DNA of 64,000 bases from Parasphingopyxis sp. (lineage in GTDB: Bacteria > Pseudomonadota > Alphaproteobacteria > Sphingomonadales > Sphingomonadaceae): positions 2,509 to 66,508 of the forward strand of contig NZ_JBQLZM010000135.1 in assembly GCF_052168275.1 (NCBI RefSeq). Direction: 5' to 3'. A program made the translations under genes and the position numbers. The notes under the pieces were generated by a model. The model worked only from the letters and a program-made list of their open reading frames with translations. It had not been told where the DNA came from and ran no database searches. Below, one piece after another: positions 10,783-19,436 of the stretch (its first letter is position 1; the number at the start of each line of letters is the position of its first letter).

Positions 10783-11294
10783 CGGCCGAAGCCGCCCCGA
10801 TAATCGTCTCCGCCGTGTTCGGCGCGGAGGATTTCTCCTGTCTGAACGGATTGCGCCGCCGGCATTTCCCGCCGGAACGCAATGTCGTCGACGCCCATCT
10901 GACGCTTTTCCACCACCTGCCGCCGAGCGTCGCCGCGGAGCTCAAGCATCGGCTCAACGCCGAAACACGCGGCACGCGGTCGCCCCCGGCGCGCTTGACC
11001 GGGCTGATGTCGCTGGGGCGCGGCGTGGCGCTCCGGGTCGAGAGTCCCGCACTGCAGGACATCCGCGACCGGCTGTCGGACGCGTTTTCCGGCCTTCTGA
11101 CGCCGCAGGATCGGCAGCGCTGGCGCCCGCATGTCACGATCCAGAACAAGGTGGAACCCGTGGAGGCGAGAGCGCTCCTCGAGGAACTGTCCCGGGAGTT
11201 CGTGCCCCAGCCGCTGAAGATCGCCGGCCTTGCAAGCTGGTATTATCGCGGCGGCCCGTGGGAGCCGCTTTCGACGCACAGATTTACCGGCTGA
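10779..11294 (+). CDS. 2H phosphoesterase (2'-5' RNA ligase/LigT-like) family protein
   Basis: Two HxT motifs (AHLTLF, PHVTIQ); ATG 10779 overlaps the upstream stop (ATGA). Confidence 0.85.
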   Translation: MTAEAAPIIVSAVFGAEDFSCLNGLRRRHFPPERNVVDAHLTLFHHLPPSVAAELKHRLNAETRGTRSPPARLTGLMSLGRGVALRVESPALQDIRDRLSDAFSGLLTPQDRQRWRPHVTIQNKVEPVEARALLEELSREFVPQPLKIAGLASWYYRGGPWEPLSTHRFTG

Positions 11295-11306
11295 CGGGTT
11301 TCCGGA

Positions 11307-11720
11307 TCAGTCGATCTGGCCGATGCCTTCGCAGCTGAGACCGAACGCCTCCAGCCCGGCGTCGAGATAGGCGGCGAGCATCGGCATCTCCATCAGCTGA
11401 TCCGCCGCCGGGTCGCTGTCCGGATCGGCTGCCGCGGCCAGCGCTTCGTCCCATTCCGTCGCCTCGAACGTGCCGTTGCCGACCCAGGCCAGCGCCAGCA
11501 CTTCGGCAATCTGGTCTTCGGCGAGATCGTCGAGCGCGGCCTCGATCTCCGCCTCGACCGAATCATTCTTCTCGTCGATCATCACGTCATACGCGTCGTC
11601 CGTGGAAATCGGGCCGTCCTCGTCCACCTCGTCGGGTTCGTTGGAGGGCACCTGCGCGTCCCATTCGCGCGCGCGGACGATGATCCGGCAGATCATGTCG
11701 AGCGGGGTTTCGAGGTCCAT
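11307..11720 (-). CDS. Small acidic protein, DUF3775-like
   Basis: ICRIIVRAREWDA, L..DQIAEVLALAWVG.GTF...EWDEALAAA, LMEMPMLAAYLDAGLEAFG pattern. Confidence 0.7.
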   Translation of the reverse strand: MDLETPLDMICRIIVRAREWDAQVPSNEPDEVDEDGPISTDDAYDVMIDEKNDSVEAEIEAALDDLAEDQIAEVLALAWVGNGTFEATEWDEALAAAADPDSDPAADQLMEMPMLAAYLDAGLEAFGLSCEGIGQID

Positions 11721-11799
11721 TGTCGCGTCTCCTGCAGTCGGCAAACCTACCGATTCAACACTTGGCGGTCCATCCGGGTTCCCCGCTATGCCAAACCGG

Positions 11800-11828
11800 T
11801 TGACCGCAAAAGACGCGCTGCCTATAGG
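11800..11828 (+). promoter_or_regulatory. Sigma70-type promoter of tRNA-Met
   Basis: TTGACC-N17-TATAGG about 40 nt upstream of the tRNA. Confidence 0.65.
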
Positions 11829-11868
11829 CCCCCAACGCCGGTTTGCGGCGCTCGCCTTCGTGCGTCGG

Positions 11869-11945
11869 GGCGGAGTAGCTCAGTTGGTTAGAGCAGTGGA
11901 ATCATAATCCATGTGTCGGGGGTTCAAATCCCTCCTCCGCTACCA
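11869..11945 (+). tRNA. tRNA with CAT anticodon, most likely elongator tRNA-Met
   Basis: Full cloverleaf GGCGGAG...CTCCGCT-A-CCA, anticodon loop ATCATAA, paired 1:72 position (not initiator); Ile2 not formally excluded. Confidence 0.9.
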
Positions 11946-12046
11946 AGTTTCTCTTTTCCCCGTTCAAGCAATGCCAGCCTGTTGCGCGCTTGCGCCGGGG
12001 AAGGCAGGGCACCTATTTCGGGCCCTCAGTTTGAACAGGATACGTC

Positions 12047-13015
12047 ATGGCCGAAACGCATCGCACCAAAATGCTCATCCTCGGATCGGGCCCCGCGGGG
12101 CTTTCTGCCGCGATCTACGCCGCCCGCGCCGGCATGGAACCGATCGTCGTGCAGGGCATCGAGCCCGGCGGCCAGCTGACGACGACGACCGAGGTCGAGA
12201 ATTATCCGGGATTCGCCGACATCATCCAGGGCCCATGGCTCATGGAACAGATGCAGAAACAGGCCGAGAATTGCGGCGCGCGGATGATGTGGGACAGCAT
12301 CGTCGAGGTCGATCTCTCGAAACGGCCGTTCCGGATGAAGGGCGACGGCGGCGACGAATATGTCGGCGACGTGCTGGTCATCGCGACGGGCGCCCAGGCG
12401 CGCTGGCTGGGCCTCGACAGCGAGACCGCGCTGCGCGGGAAGGGGCTTTCGGCCTGTGCGACCTGCGACGGCTTCTTCTTCCGCGGCAAGAAAATCGCGG
12501 TGGTCGGCGGCGGCAATACCGCGGTCGAGGAAGCGCTCTATCTCACCAATCACAGCGACGACGTCACCCTGATCCATCGCCGCGACGAATTGCGGGCCGA
12601 AAAGGTGCTGCAGGACCGGCTGTTCGCCCATCCGCACATCACCGTGCTGTGGGACAAGACTGTGGACAAGTTTGTGGGCGGCGGCGATCCGGAAGGGCTG
12701 GTCGCGATCGATCTCAAGGACACGAAGACCGGCGAGATATCGCAGATTCCGGCGGAAGGCGGTTTCATCGCCATCGGCCACGACCCGGCGACGGAACTGT
12801 TCCGGGGTCATCTCGAGCTCGACGAGGACAATTACATCAAGGTCGAGCCCGGCAGCACGCGGACGAGCGTTCCGGGCGTGTTCGCCTGCGGCGATGTAAT
12901 GGACAAGGTATACCGGCAGGCCGTCACGGCTGCCGGCACTGGCTGCATGGCCGCGCTCGATGCGGAAAAATTCCTCGCCGAGGCCGAATTCGAGTCCGAG
13001 CTGGAAACCGCCTAG
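12047..13015 (+). CDS. trxB: Thioredoxin reductase
   Basis: GSGPAG, GGQLTTTTEVENYPG, SACATCDG, VVGGGNTAVEEA, VFACGDV. Confidence 0.97.
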   Translation: MAETHRTKMLILGSGPAGLSAAIYAARAGMEPIVVQGIEPGGQLTTTTEVENYPGFADIIQGPWLMEQMQKQAENCGARMMWDSIVEVDLSKRPFRMKGDGGDEYVGDVLVIATGAQARWLGLDSETALRGKGLSACATCDGFFFRGKKIAVVGGGNTAVEEALYLTNHSDDVTLIHRRDELRAEKVLQDRLFAHPHITVLWDKTVDKFVGGGDPEGLVAIDLKDTKTGEISQIPAEGGFIAIGHDPATELFRGHLELDEDNYIKVEPGSTRTSVPGVFACGDVMDKVYRQAVTAAGTGCMAALDAEKFLAEAEFESELETA

Positions 13016-13827
13016 AAGGTCTCTTCGAAACGTCGGAGCGCCGCCAGACAACTGTCCCTGAGCTGATCGAAATCGCCGTCGCGGGCGAAGCTGTGGGCAT
13101 CGGTGTCGATGACGTCGCGGCTGAACCGGGCCTCGCCGGCAAGCGGCGCGAGCGCGCCTTTGCGCCATTCGTCGTCGAAACCGATGGCCGTGGCGTCATC
13201 CTTGGCCAGCACGATGTGGCCCGGCGCCGCCGACGCCGCAAGCGCCTCCGCCACGCGCTGGGCGAGACTCCCCTCGCTGCGCCGCGGTTTCGCGATCTTG
13301 AGCAGGCCGGCGATGGCCTTCCGATAGTCGATTCCGCCGGTCAGCAGCCGTTTCCAGCCCCCGAAACTGAGCAGCTGGTCGCGATAGTGGCTCTTGATGG
13401 CCGCCGGTGGCGGCTCGTTCGCCGCCGCTTCGACGACCCAGGGATTGGCGAGGATCATGGCGTCGACGCCGCATTGGCGATGGTGGAGGCACAGCGTCGT
13501 GGCGCCATCGCACAGTCCGAATCCGACGATATGCGCGATGTTCGGCGCCCTTTCGCGGAACGCGTCGACGGCGGCCTGCAGGTCGGGCGCGCTGGCCTCG
13601 AACCCCGGATCCTCGCCCGAACCGTCGCCGACGCCGCGCCGGTCGTAGCGCATCGCCGGATATCCGGCGTTCGCCAGCGCCGCACCCAGTTCCGCGAAGC
13701 CGCGATGCGCGCCGAACCGCGTCTGGCCGCCTCCGGTGACGATGAGCACGCCGATCGCCCTGTCCGCCGGATCCAGCGAACCCGCAAGCAGTTCATCGGC
13801 GCATTCAAAGGCGAATTGCGATCGCAT
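13012..13827 (-). CDS. Exosortase A system-associated hydrolase 1 (alpha/beta fold, Cys nucleophile)
   Basis: GGGQTRFGAHRGF, RYDRRGVGD, GFGLCDGA elbow, LANPWV, DAHSF; ATG 13827 coupled (TGATG) to upstream gene. Confidence 0.85.
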   Translation of the reverse strand: MRSQFAFECADELLAGSLDPADRAIGVLIVTGGGQTRFGAHRGFAELGAALANAGYPAMRYDRRGVGDGSGEDPGFEASAPDLQAAVDAFRERAPNIAHIVGFGLCDGATTLCLHHRQCGVDAMILANPWVVEAAANEPPPAAIKSHYRDQLLSFGGWKRLLTGGIDYRKAIAGLLKIAKPRRSEGSLAQRVAEALAASAAPGHIVLAKDDATAIGFDDEWRKGALAPLAGEARFSRDVIDTDAHSFARDGDFDQLRDSCLAALRRFEETF

Positions 13828-14522
13828 CAGCCCGTCCATTCGGCGATCCCCGCGGTCAGCGCGCCGGTCAGTTCGGCCGAGCCGCTAGGCTCGGCCCGGC
13901 GCCATAACGGCGGTCCGGCGATCCGGCGATCCGCCGCGCCATGTTCGGTCTCGAGCCGGATCGTGCTGGTGTCGGAAAGATCGGCGATATCGGCGTCGCG
14001 GACTGCAGAGGCGAGCGCGGCGCTGACCGGATAGCCGCCGAGCAGAGTGGGGCCTTCCGTAAAGACCGCCTGTTGGGCGGCGCTGTCGAAATCGGGATCG
14101 TTCAGGCTACGCGACCGGATAAGATCGCGGATCAGCCTTTTGCCCTGGACCGGGGAGAAGCGCATATGCGGCAGGCCCGGCACGACGTCGTCGAGCAGAC
14201 AGCCGCCGCGGACCGCGAATATCGCGGTCGCGGCGCAGGCCGTCGCGGCGTCATCGACGGCGTGACGCCAATCCGTCCATTGTATCGCGGCCAGCCCGGT
14301 CTCACTTTCTCCGGTGCCGGGCAGGTCCGGCAGATGCGTCGCGACGCCGCTGTCGGCGAGCGCCCGCATCAGGTCGGAAAGCAGTTTGCGCGTCCGGTTC
14401 AGTTCCTCGAACAGGGGCGGCACGATCAGCAGCTGGCTGGCCTCCGCCGGGCCGAAGCTCATCATGGGATGCGCCGCACCCCGCGATTCATAGAACGAAA
14501 ATCGCGGGACGGGGGGCGTCAC
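13827..14522 (-). CDS. Exosortase A system-associated hydrolase 2-like protein
   Basis: PPLFEELNRTRKLL, DLPGTGES, W..W, AVRGG at the elbow position, LGGYPVS; paired with hydrolase 1. Confidence 0.75.
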   Translation of the reverse strand: MTPPVPRFSFYESRGAAHPMMSFGPAEASQLLIVPPLFEELNRTRKLLSDLMRALADSGVATHLPDLPGTGESETGLAAIQWTDWRHAVDDAATACAATAIFAVRGGCLLDDVVPGLPHMRFSPVQGKRLIRDLIRSRSLNDPDFDSAAQQAVFTEGPTLLGGYPVSAALASAVRDADIADLSDTSTIRLETEHGAADRRIAGPPLWRRAEPSGSAELTGALTAGIAEWTG

Positions 14523-14791
14523 CGACGCGTCTTTTGCCGGGCAAAGGCGAGGAGATTGCCGAACGTTTCGAGCATCTCGGTCTCGAACTCGTCATCCTCG
14601 ATCCAGATATCGAGCCGGTCCTCGATCTCGGTCAACAGGCCGGCAACCGCCATCGAATCCAGTTCGGGTATGGCGCCGAACAATTCGGTATCGGCATCGA
14701 AATCCGCGACCTGCGCTTCGCCCAGACCCAGGACGTCGACCAGCACCGCGCGCAGCGTCTCCTCGACCGTATCGGCGGCTTCAGATGCCAT
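14519..14791 (-). CDS. Acyl/peptidyl carrier protein
   Basis: 90 aa acidic protein, LFGAIPELDSMAV phosphopantetheine Ser motif. Confidence 0.9.
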   Translation of the reverse strand: MASEAADTVEETLRAVLVDVLGLGEAQVADFDADTELFGAIPELDSMAVAGLLTEIEDRLDIWIEDDEFETEMLETFGNLLAFARQKTRR

Positions 14792-14822
14792 GAAACTTCC
14801 CCTGCAAACCCGATGCGCCCGC

Positions 14823-15827
14823 CTAATCGCTCGAAGCGCGCCGGACAAGGCCTGAGAATTTGTGGCGGAGCAGCGGGATCCAGGCCCGCGGCTGCCGCGG
14901 ATTGTAGAGCTTGAGCGCGTATAGCGGTCGCGCCGCGTCCATCCAGTCCGCCTTGTAGGGTTCGCTGCCGGTCCCGTAATCGATGATATCCGGCTGATCC
15001 TCCTCGATCACGTGCCGGAACATCGCCTCGCTCAGGATCGACCCCGGAGAATAGGATTTGGCGCTTTCCGCATAGGCAAGCTTGTGGATGGTCGCCCGGC
15101 CATTCTCGACATGCCAGAGCTGTGCCGCGACGGGTTCCCCCTCGCGATAGGCGATGCCGAGCCGGAGCGTGCCGGCCGCCCCCTCCCTTTCCGCGAATGC
15201 CCGCATGAAGCCCCAGGACCCTTCCTCGGGTTTCCAGCTCTGCGAGTAGACCTTCCGGTAGTCCTTCCACGCCAGATCGTCGAACGCGCGATGGATGGCG
15301 ATGTCGAGATCGGCCTTTTTGGCCTTGCGCTTGACGGTCGAGCGCAACTTGCCCGGCCGCGTTTCCCAGTAACTGTCGAAACTCCTTGGCGGCCGCAACT
15401 CCCAGTTTTCGGTCGTGACCGTCCTGACGGTCTTCCACCCCGCCGCCCCGAACGCCCGTTCGATGGGCTCCGGATTCGCCAGCGGCGCGAGCTCGATCAG
15501 CGCCAGCTCCCTGAGCGCTTCGGCGATCGCGACGAGGAGCCCGTCATCTTCGCCCCTGCGGACCACGTCGAATGCCAGCGTGTACCAGCTCGCCAGCGCT
15601 TCGGCGCGCCGCGGGCCCGTCCGGCACAGGAAGAGCCAGGCAGCGGCGTCGCCGCGAAGGGCGCGAGCGACCAGCGGCGGCCTGTCGTCGCTGCCGCAAT
15701 GTTGCGACGTCATCTCGAACCATGCGATCCGGTCGTACAGGCTGGGTTGCTGGGTCCGGTCGAGCGCATCGCCGGCATCGATCATGACGTCGGCCAGGCT
15801 ATCGAATAGCTTTACGTTAACTGTCAT
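14823..15827 (-). CDS. GNAT-family acyltransferase (CelD/BcsL-like)
   Basis: LRLGIAYREGEPVAAQLW, KLAY......SPGSIL, IDYGTGSEPYKADWM. Confidence 0.8.
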   Translation of the reverse strand: MTVNVKLFDSLADVMIDAGDALDRTQQPSLYDRIAWFEMTSQHCGSDDRPPLVARALRGDAAAWLFLCRTGPRRAEALASWYTLAFDVVRRGEDDGLLVAIAEALRELALIELAPLANPEPIERAFGAAGWKTVRTVTTENWELRPPRSFDSYWETRPGKLRSTVKRKAKKADLDIAIHRAFDDLAWKDYRKVYSQSWKPEEGSWGFMRAFAEREGAAGTLRLGIAYREGEPVAAQLWHVENGRATIHKLAYAESAKSYSPGSILSEAMFRHVIEEDQPDIIDYGTGSEPYKADWMDAARPLYALKLYNPRQPRAWIPLLRHKFSGLVRRASSD

Positions 15828-15886
15828 GACGCTATCCCGGTGATCGCTGGCCCGCCGCCCGTGGCCTCATTAGTTAACCGGAAGCC

Positions 15887-17395
15887 ATGACGAAAACCTT
15901 AAATCCCGACCCCAGACCGCTCGATCATCTGGCGTCACGCGGAACGCCGGACGCAGTTGCGCTGGTCGACAAGCAGGGCGAACTGGACTTCGCCGGGCTG
16001 GGCGCCGCGGTCGGCGCATTGGCGGCATGGCTGCTGGAGCAGGGGCTCTCCCCGGGCGACAGGGTCGCCAGCTGGCTCAACAAGACGCGCCTGGCCTGCA
16101 TGATGCCGCTCGCGGCGGCGCGCGCCGGTCTCGTGCACGTCCCGGTCAACCCGCTGCTGAAACGCGCCCAGGTCGGCCATATCCTTGCAGACAGCGGCGC
16201 GCGGCTGCTGATCGCCGGACAATCGCGGCTCGGCACGTTGGAGGACGGCGACCTGCCCGGGGACTGTATGCAGGCGCTGGAAGGCGATGCGGTATTCGAC
16301 GGGCGGGGATTGCCGCCCTCCGACGCCGATCCGGGCGACCTGGCCGCCATTCTGTATACGTCCGGCTCCACGGGGCGCCCCAAAGGCGTGATGTTGAGCC
16401 ATGCCAATATGTGGCTGGGCGCACAGAGCGTCGCACATTATCTCGGGATCGCGCCCCGGGACCGGACGCTGTGCGTCCTGCCCTTCAGCTTCGACTACGG
16501 CCAGAACCAGCTGTTTTCGAGCTGGTATGCGGGGGCTTCGGTCGTGCCGTTCGACTATCTGATGCCGCGTGACGTCACAAAGGCGGTGCGGCGTCATGAC
16601 GCCACGATCCTCGCCGGCGTGCCGCCGCTCTGGGTACAGCTGACCGAGATCGAATGGCCTGACGAAATCGCCGGAAAACTGCGGGTTCTGACGAATAGCG
16701 GCGGCAAGATGCCGGTGCCGCTGGTCCAGGCGCTGCGCGAGACGTTCCCGAACGCCGCGCTGCATTCGATGTACGGGCTGACCGAGGCGTTCCGCTCGAC
16801 GACGCTCGATCCGGCGCTGATCGACCGGATGCCGGAAAGCATCGGCACGGCGATCCCGTTCGCCGAGATCATGGTGGTTGCGCCCGATGGCGGCGAGGCG
16901 GCGCCCGGGGAGCCGGGCGAGCTCGTCCATGCGGGGCCGCTCGTAGCGCTCGGCTATTGGCGGGATCCCGAGCGGACCGCGCTGCGTTTCAGGCCGGCCC
17001 CGGACTTTTCCGACTATGGCGGCATGGCGGTCTGGTCGGGGGACACCGTCGTCCGCGCCGACGATGGCTTTCTGCGGTTCGTCGGCCGCGACGACGCCAT
17101 GATCAAGAGCGCGGGCAACCGGATTTCGCCGAGCGAGATCGAAGATGCAGCCATCGAGAGCGGATTTACCGCAGAAGCCTGTGCTTTCGGGGTTGCCGAC
17201 GAGCGGCTCGGACAGGCGATCATGCTGGTCGTGCGGGGCGGGGGCGGCGACGCCGAAGACGGCCTGAAGCGCTTTCTCAAGGCCGAACTGCCCAATTTCA
17301 TGCAGCCGCGCGAGATCGTCTGGCAGGATGAATTGCCACGCAATCCGAATGGCAAGCTCGATCGCACTGAAATTGAACGGAAATGGGGCACATGA
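15887..17395 (+). CDS. AMP-forming acyl-CoA/carrier-protein ligase, exosortase A system-associated
   Basis: YTSGSTGRPKGV, SFDYGQNQL, MYGLTEAFRS, SGD, GRDDAMIKSAGNRISP, NPNGKLDR. Confidence 0.9.
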   Translation: MTKTLNPDPRPLDHLASRGTPDAVALVDKQGELDFAGLGAAVGALAAWLLEQGLSPGDRVASWLNKTRLACMMPLAAARAGLVHVPVNPLLKRAQVGHILADSGARLLIAGQSRLGTLEDGDLPGDCMQALEGDAVFDGRGLPPSDADPGDLAAILYTSGSTGRPKGVMLSHANMWLGAQSVAHYLGIAPRDRTLCVLPFSFDYGQNQLFSSWYAGASVVPFDYLMPRDVTKAVRRHDATILAGVPPLWVQLTEIEWPDEIAGKLRVLTNSGGKMPVPLVQALRETFPNAALHSMYGLTEAFRSTTLDPALIDRMPESIGTAIPFAEIMVVAPDGGEAAPGEPGELVHAGPLVALGYWRDPERTALRFRPAPDFSDYGGMAVWSGDTVVRADDGFLRFVGRDDAMIKSAGNRISPSEIEDAAIESGFTAEACAFGVADERLGQAIMLVVRGGGGDAEDGLKRFLKAELPNFMQPREIVWQDELPRNPNGKLDRTEIERKWGT

Positions 17396-18639
17396 AACCG
17401 ATCGGACCGATACCGCCGGCCTTTGCCGGCCAGCAGGGCGAACTCGAGATCGGGGGGATAGCGCTGTCGGAACTAGCCGAACGGGCCGGCCGGACGCCGT
17501 TTTTCGCGTACGACCTCGATCTGGCGACGGCGCAGGTCGAGCGGTTCCGCGCGGTGATGCCGCCCGAAATTCACCTGCATTACGCCGTAAAAGCCAATCC
17601 GCATCCTTCTGTAATACAACATCTAATGGCGATCACCGACGGGCTCGACATGGCATCGGGCGGCGAACTGGAGCGGGTGCGCGACTGTGGCGCCGATATG
17701 GCGCATGTCAGCTTCGCGGGCCCCGGCAAGCGCGATCCCGAGCTCGAACTCGCGATTTCGCTCGGCGCGACGCTCAACCTGGAATCCGAAACCGAGGCGG
17801 AGCGGGCGCTGGCGATCGGCGAACGCCTGGGCGTCACGCCGCGGCTCGCGGTGCGCGTGAACCCGGATTTCGAGCTCAAGGGATCGGGCATGAGCATGGG
17901 CGGCGGCGCCAAGCCGTTCGGCATCGATCAGGAGCGGGTGCCGGCGCTGGTCCGGTACATCCTCTCCAAAGGCGCGGATTGGCGCGGTTTTCATATCTAT
18001 TCCGGATCGCAGTCTCTCGATGCGGATGCCATCGCCGAAAGCCAGGAGGCGAGCATCGCGCTCGCGGCCGAGCTTGCGCAAGCGATCGGAGAGGCCCCGA
18101 AAAGCGTCAATCTGGGCGGCGGATTCGGGATTCCCTACACGGCCAACGACACCCCGCTCGACGTCGAGGCCGTCGGCGCGCGCCTGTCCGGGGCCTTGGG
18201 CGGTCGCGATCCCGTTCTCGCCGACACCCGGTTCATGATCGAGCTCGGGCGCTGGCTGATCGGCGAGGCGGGCGTCTATGTCGCGCGCATCCTCGACCGC
18301 AAGGCGAGCAAGGGCGCGCTGTTCCTGGTGACCGATGGCGGGATGCACCACCATCTCGCCGCATCCGGCAATTTCGGCATGGTGATGAAGCGGAACTATC
18401 CGGTGGCGATCGCCTCGCATATGGGCGAAGACGCGGTGGAGGACGCCACGGTCGTCGGCCCGCTGTGCACGCCGCTCGACAGGCTGGCCGCCGATATCGC
18501 CGTCCCGCGGGCCGAGATCGGCGACTATGTCGCGGTGTTCGCATCGGGCGCTTATGGTTTAAGCGCCAGTCCCGTAAACTTCCTGAGCCATCCGACTGCG
18601 GCGGAGATCGTGGTTAAGGGCGGAAAAATAACCATATAA
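17392..18639 (+). CDS. PLP-dependent decarboxylase (DAP/Orn decarboxylase fold III), exosortase A system-associated
   Basis: YAVKANP (PLP Lys), LGGGFG, ELGRWL, GPLCTPLD, GAYG; ATGA coupling to ligase. Confidence 0.9.
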   Translation: MKPIGPIPPAFAGQQGELEIGGIALSELAERAGRTPFFAYDLDLATAQVERFRAVMPPEIHLHYAVKANPHPSVIQHLMAITDGLDMASGGELERVRDCGADMAHVSFAGPGKRDPELELAISLGATLNLESETEAERALAIGERLGVTPRLAVRVNPDFELKGSGMSMGGGAKPFGIDQERVPALVRYILSKGADWRGFHIYSGSQSLDADAIAESQEASIALAAELAQAIGEAPKSVNLGGGFGIPYTANDTPLDVEAVGARLSGALGGRDPVLADTRFMIELGRWLIGEAGVYVARILDRKASKGALFLVTDGGMHHHLAASGNFGMVMKRNYPVAIASHMGEDAVEDATVVGPLCTPLDRLAADIAVPRAEIGDYVAVFASGAYGLSASPVNFLSHPTAAEIVVKGGKITI

Positions 18640-18640
18640 C

Positions 18641-18656
18641 TCAACATGAATTTAAC
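18641..18656 (+). promoter_or_regulatory. CtrA-like box (one mismatch)
   Basis: TCAA-catgaat-TTAAC versus consensus TTAA-N7-TTAAC, in an AT-rich patch upstream of the export gene. Confidence 0.4.
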
Positions 18657-18748
18657 CCTTTCCGGTGCATGACGCATCCGAGAAAGGGCCAGAATCCCCG
18701 CGCGTTTTGCGGAGGATGACGTCATCGGCCCGGAAAAAGAAGGGCCTG

Positions 18749-19390
18749 ATGATGCGCGTCAAATCAACGAAGATTGCCTTTTGCATGGGCGTTTCCGCCT
18801 TCGCCCTGGCCGGTTGCGCCGGCGGTTCGGGGCAGGAACTGCCGCCGGCTTCCTTCGTCAGCACCAACCAGGGGCCGGGCGAGGAATATGTCATCGGCCC
18901 GCTCGACCAGCTGACCATTTTCGTCTGGCGCAATCCGGAGCTTGGCGCCGAGGTACAGGTGCGGCCCGACGGCCGGATCACGACGCCGCTGATCCAGGAC
19001 ATGGTCGCCGTCGGCAAGACGCCGGCGATGCTCGCGGACGATATCTCGGTCATGCTCGCCCAGTACATCACCGAGCCGCGCGTGTCGGTGATCGTCAACG
19101 AATTTTCGGGCACCTACGCCCAGCGGGTCCGGGTGATCGGCGCCACCGAAGAGCCCGCCTCCATCCCGTACCGGGCCAATATGACGCTGCTCGACGCGAT
19201 GATCGCGGTCGGCGGCCTGTCCGAATTCGCCGCGGGCAACCGCGCCCGCCTCGTCCGGCACGACCGGACGACCGGCGAGCAGCGCGAATATGACCTGCGC
19301 ATTTCGAGCTTGCTGCGGCGCGGCGATACGACGGCGAACGTCGATCTCCAGCCCGGCGACGTGATCATCATCCCCGAAAGCATGTTCTGA
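18749..19390 (+). CDS. Polysaccharide export lipoprotein (Wza/OPX family), XrtA system
   Basis: Lipobox ALAGC, YVIGPLDQLTIFVW, VRPDGRITTPLI, SLBB domain, LQPGDVIIIPES; start 18749 or 18752. Confidence 0.9.
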   Translation: MMRVKSTKIAFCMGVSAFALAGCAGGSGQELPPASFVSTNQGPGEEYVIGPLDQLTIFVWRNPELGAEVQVRPDGRITTPLIQDMVAVGKTPAMLADDISVMLAQYITEPRVSVIVNEFSGTYAQRVRVIGATEEPASIPYRANMTLLDAMIAVGGLSEFAAGNRARLVRHDRTTGEQREYDLRISSLLRRGDTTANVDLQPGDVIIIPESMF

Positions 19391-19436
19391 TCGAACGCGC
19401 CCCGGCCATCCATTCGCGAAAGGCGACGACCACGAC

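Noticed and set aside
11911-14034. 707-aa ORF and other long alternative-frame ORFs (e.g. 27913-30729, 52973-55354, 55991-57877, 57967-59973)
   Set aside because: Shadow ORFs typical of high-GC DNA: Arg/Ala/Pro-rich, no motifs, and they overlap well-supported genes
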